A DNA stretch of 63,890 bases, filler included, from Octopus bimaculoides (lineage: Eukaryota): the NCBI RefSeq assembly GCF_001194135.2. It is 4 parts of 4 records of this genome, joined end to end, with 100 filler letters (N's around TTAATTAATTAA, not from the genome) between each part and the next. Parts side by side here need not be neighbours in the genome. Positions count along the whole stretch, not along the records: positions 62,731 to 63,890 come from NC_069006.1; 3 more parts are not named here. One strand, given 5' to 3'. This document shows, one piece after another, positions 62,631-63,890 of the stretch. Numbering within the stretch: the stretch's first letter is position 1; every line of letters begins with the position of its first letter. The notes below the pieces were generated by a model, which did no database searches, was not told the DNA's origin, and saw nothing but the letters and a program-made list of their open reading frames with translations. The position numbers were made by a program, and so were the translations under genes.

Positions 62631-62730
62631 NNNNNNNNNNNNNNNNNNNNNNNNNNNNNNNNNNNNNNNNNNNNTTAATTAATTAANNNNNNNNNNNNNN
62701 NNNNNNNNNNNNNNNNNNNNNNNNNNNNNN
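62631..62730. other. Artificial scaffold spacer 44N-TTAATTAATTAA-44N
   Basis: Same 100-bp construct. Confidence 0.9.
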
Positions 62731-62847
62731 TCTATCGGTCTCTTTTTGCCGAACTGCTAAGTTACGGGAACATAAACACACCAGCATCGGTTGTCAAGCA
62801 ATGTTGGGGGGACAAACACAGACACACAAACATATACACACACATAC

Positions 62848-62889
<42 letters not shown>

Positions 62890-63051
62890 GACGAGCTTCT
62901 TGCAGTTTCCGTCTACCAAATCCACTCACAAGGCTTTGGTCGGCCCGGGACTATAGTAGAAGACACTTGCCCAAGGTGCCATGCAGTGGGACTGAACCCA
63001 GAACCATGTGGTTGGTAAGCAAGCCACTTACCACACAGCCACTCCCGCGCC
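62731..63051 (-). mobile_element. SINE family B with internal (CA)/(TA) microsatellite
   Basis: Head GGCGCGGGAGTGGCTGTGTGGTAAGTGGCTTGCTTACCAACCACATGGTTCTGGGTTCAG. Confidence 0.95.
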
Positions 63052-63249
63052 TTAATTTTTTCAGAATAAATCCTGCTATTTACTTGATAAACCAAGATAA
63101 CTTTTTATTTTTACAAATGAAAATGAGTACCCAATGATCTAGTTACCCAGTAACTTTTTTACATACATATATATTCATGTGATTAAATATATGCTTTCCC
63201 ATACATTCATATGAGTGTATGAGCGTATAGGAGAACATGTGAGTTTCTA

Positions 63250-63523
63250 ATATACCCAAATATGGGATACATACATATATGTTTGCACAAATGTGAGCAT
63301 TCCAAGAGTTTCCATATTTACAAGGCTGCTACTTCATTTTAATTTCTGTAGCATTAAATCGATTGAATAGATGTTGAAAAGGGCACAATAAACCAACAAG
63401 ACACACATCAAATGTACAGTGCTATCACTTCCACAGCAGTCAACTATTTATAACAATGAATAACAAATGACAAATTACACCTTAACTTCTTAAATAAAGA
63501 CAGGATATACCCAAATATGGGAT
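63250..63523 (+). promoter_or_regulatory. Two identical 19-mers, each containing a perfect CArG box
   Basis: ATATACCCAAATATGGGAT at 63250-63268 and 63505-63523; CCAAATATGG fits CC(A/T)6GG. Confidence 0.3.
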
Positions 63524-63756
63524 TGTCACACCTGGATCACTTCTGATGTAAAAATGCTGCATTCAGGATAGATTTCATTGAGAGAATTTTACTTATTCAC
63601 TCTATCTGCTTGTTTATGTTGTTTATTATGTACGTGTGGGTATGTGTGCACTGTATATATGTATTAATGCCTTAGTATAAGTGTGTCTCTGTGTAGCTTT
63701 GTCTGTTCATGAATGTGTGTGTGNNNNNNNNNNAGCTTTGTCTGTTCATGAATGTG

Positions 63757-63802
<46 letters not shown>

Positions 63803-63890
63803 ATGTGTTCTATGTGTCTCTTTGTGTAAGTGTATATATGTGTTTATGTTTCAATATATGAGTTGAGTTACTCTCTTCATGAACTAATCA

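Overview
AT-rich, microsatellite-dense animal genomic DNA with many N gaps. The SINE families and repeat landscape look like octopus (coleoid cephalopod); this is inferred from remembered repeat sequences, not from a search. No host protein-coding gene could be confirmed: nearly all listed ORFs are microsatellite or N-gap artefacts or pieces of decayed transposons. Three artificial 100-bp spacers (44N-TTAATTAATTAA-44N) split the window into four blocks. The left about 50 kb retains CpG. It carries tRNA-derived SINEs, a full-length decayed mariner, a pogo/Tigger remnant, a probable non-autonomous Helitron, Penelope-like fragments and several R4/Dong-type (RLE) LINE 3' ends. The right part (from 50.5 kb) is CpG-depleted and nested. 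It holds a near-full-length R4/Dong LINE, a decayed retroelement ORF with a 2A-like (DLEPNPGP) motif, a Tx1/L1-type LINE, and a Gypsy-like 3' LTR split by a long-TIR Sola2-like DNA transposon that itself carries a solo-LTR-like insert and a young SINE. The most interesting leads are the 2A-like StopGo motif, possible (TACA)n/(CA)n targeting by one RLE-LINE family alongside (TAA)n stacking by others, the CpG step, degenerate hammerhead-like motifs, and two small regulatory-looking arrays (E-box/GATA and a duplicated CArG).
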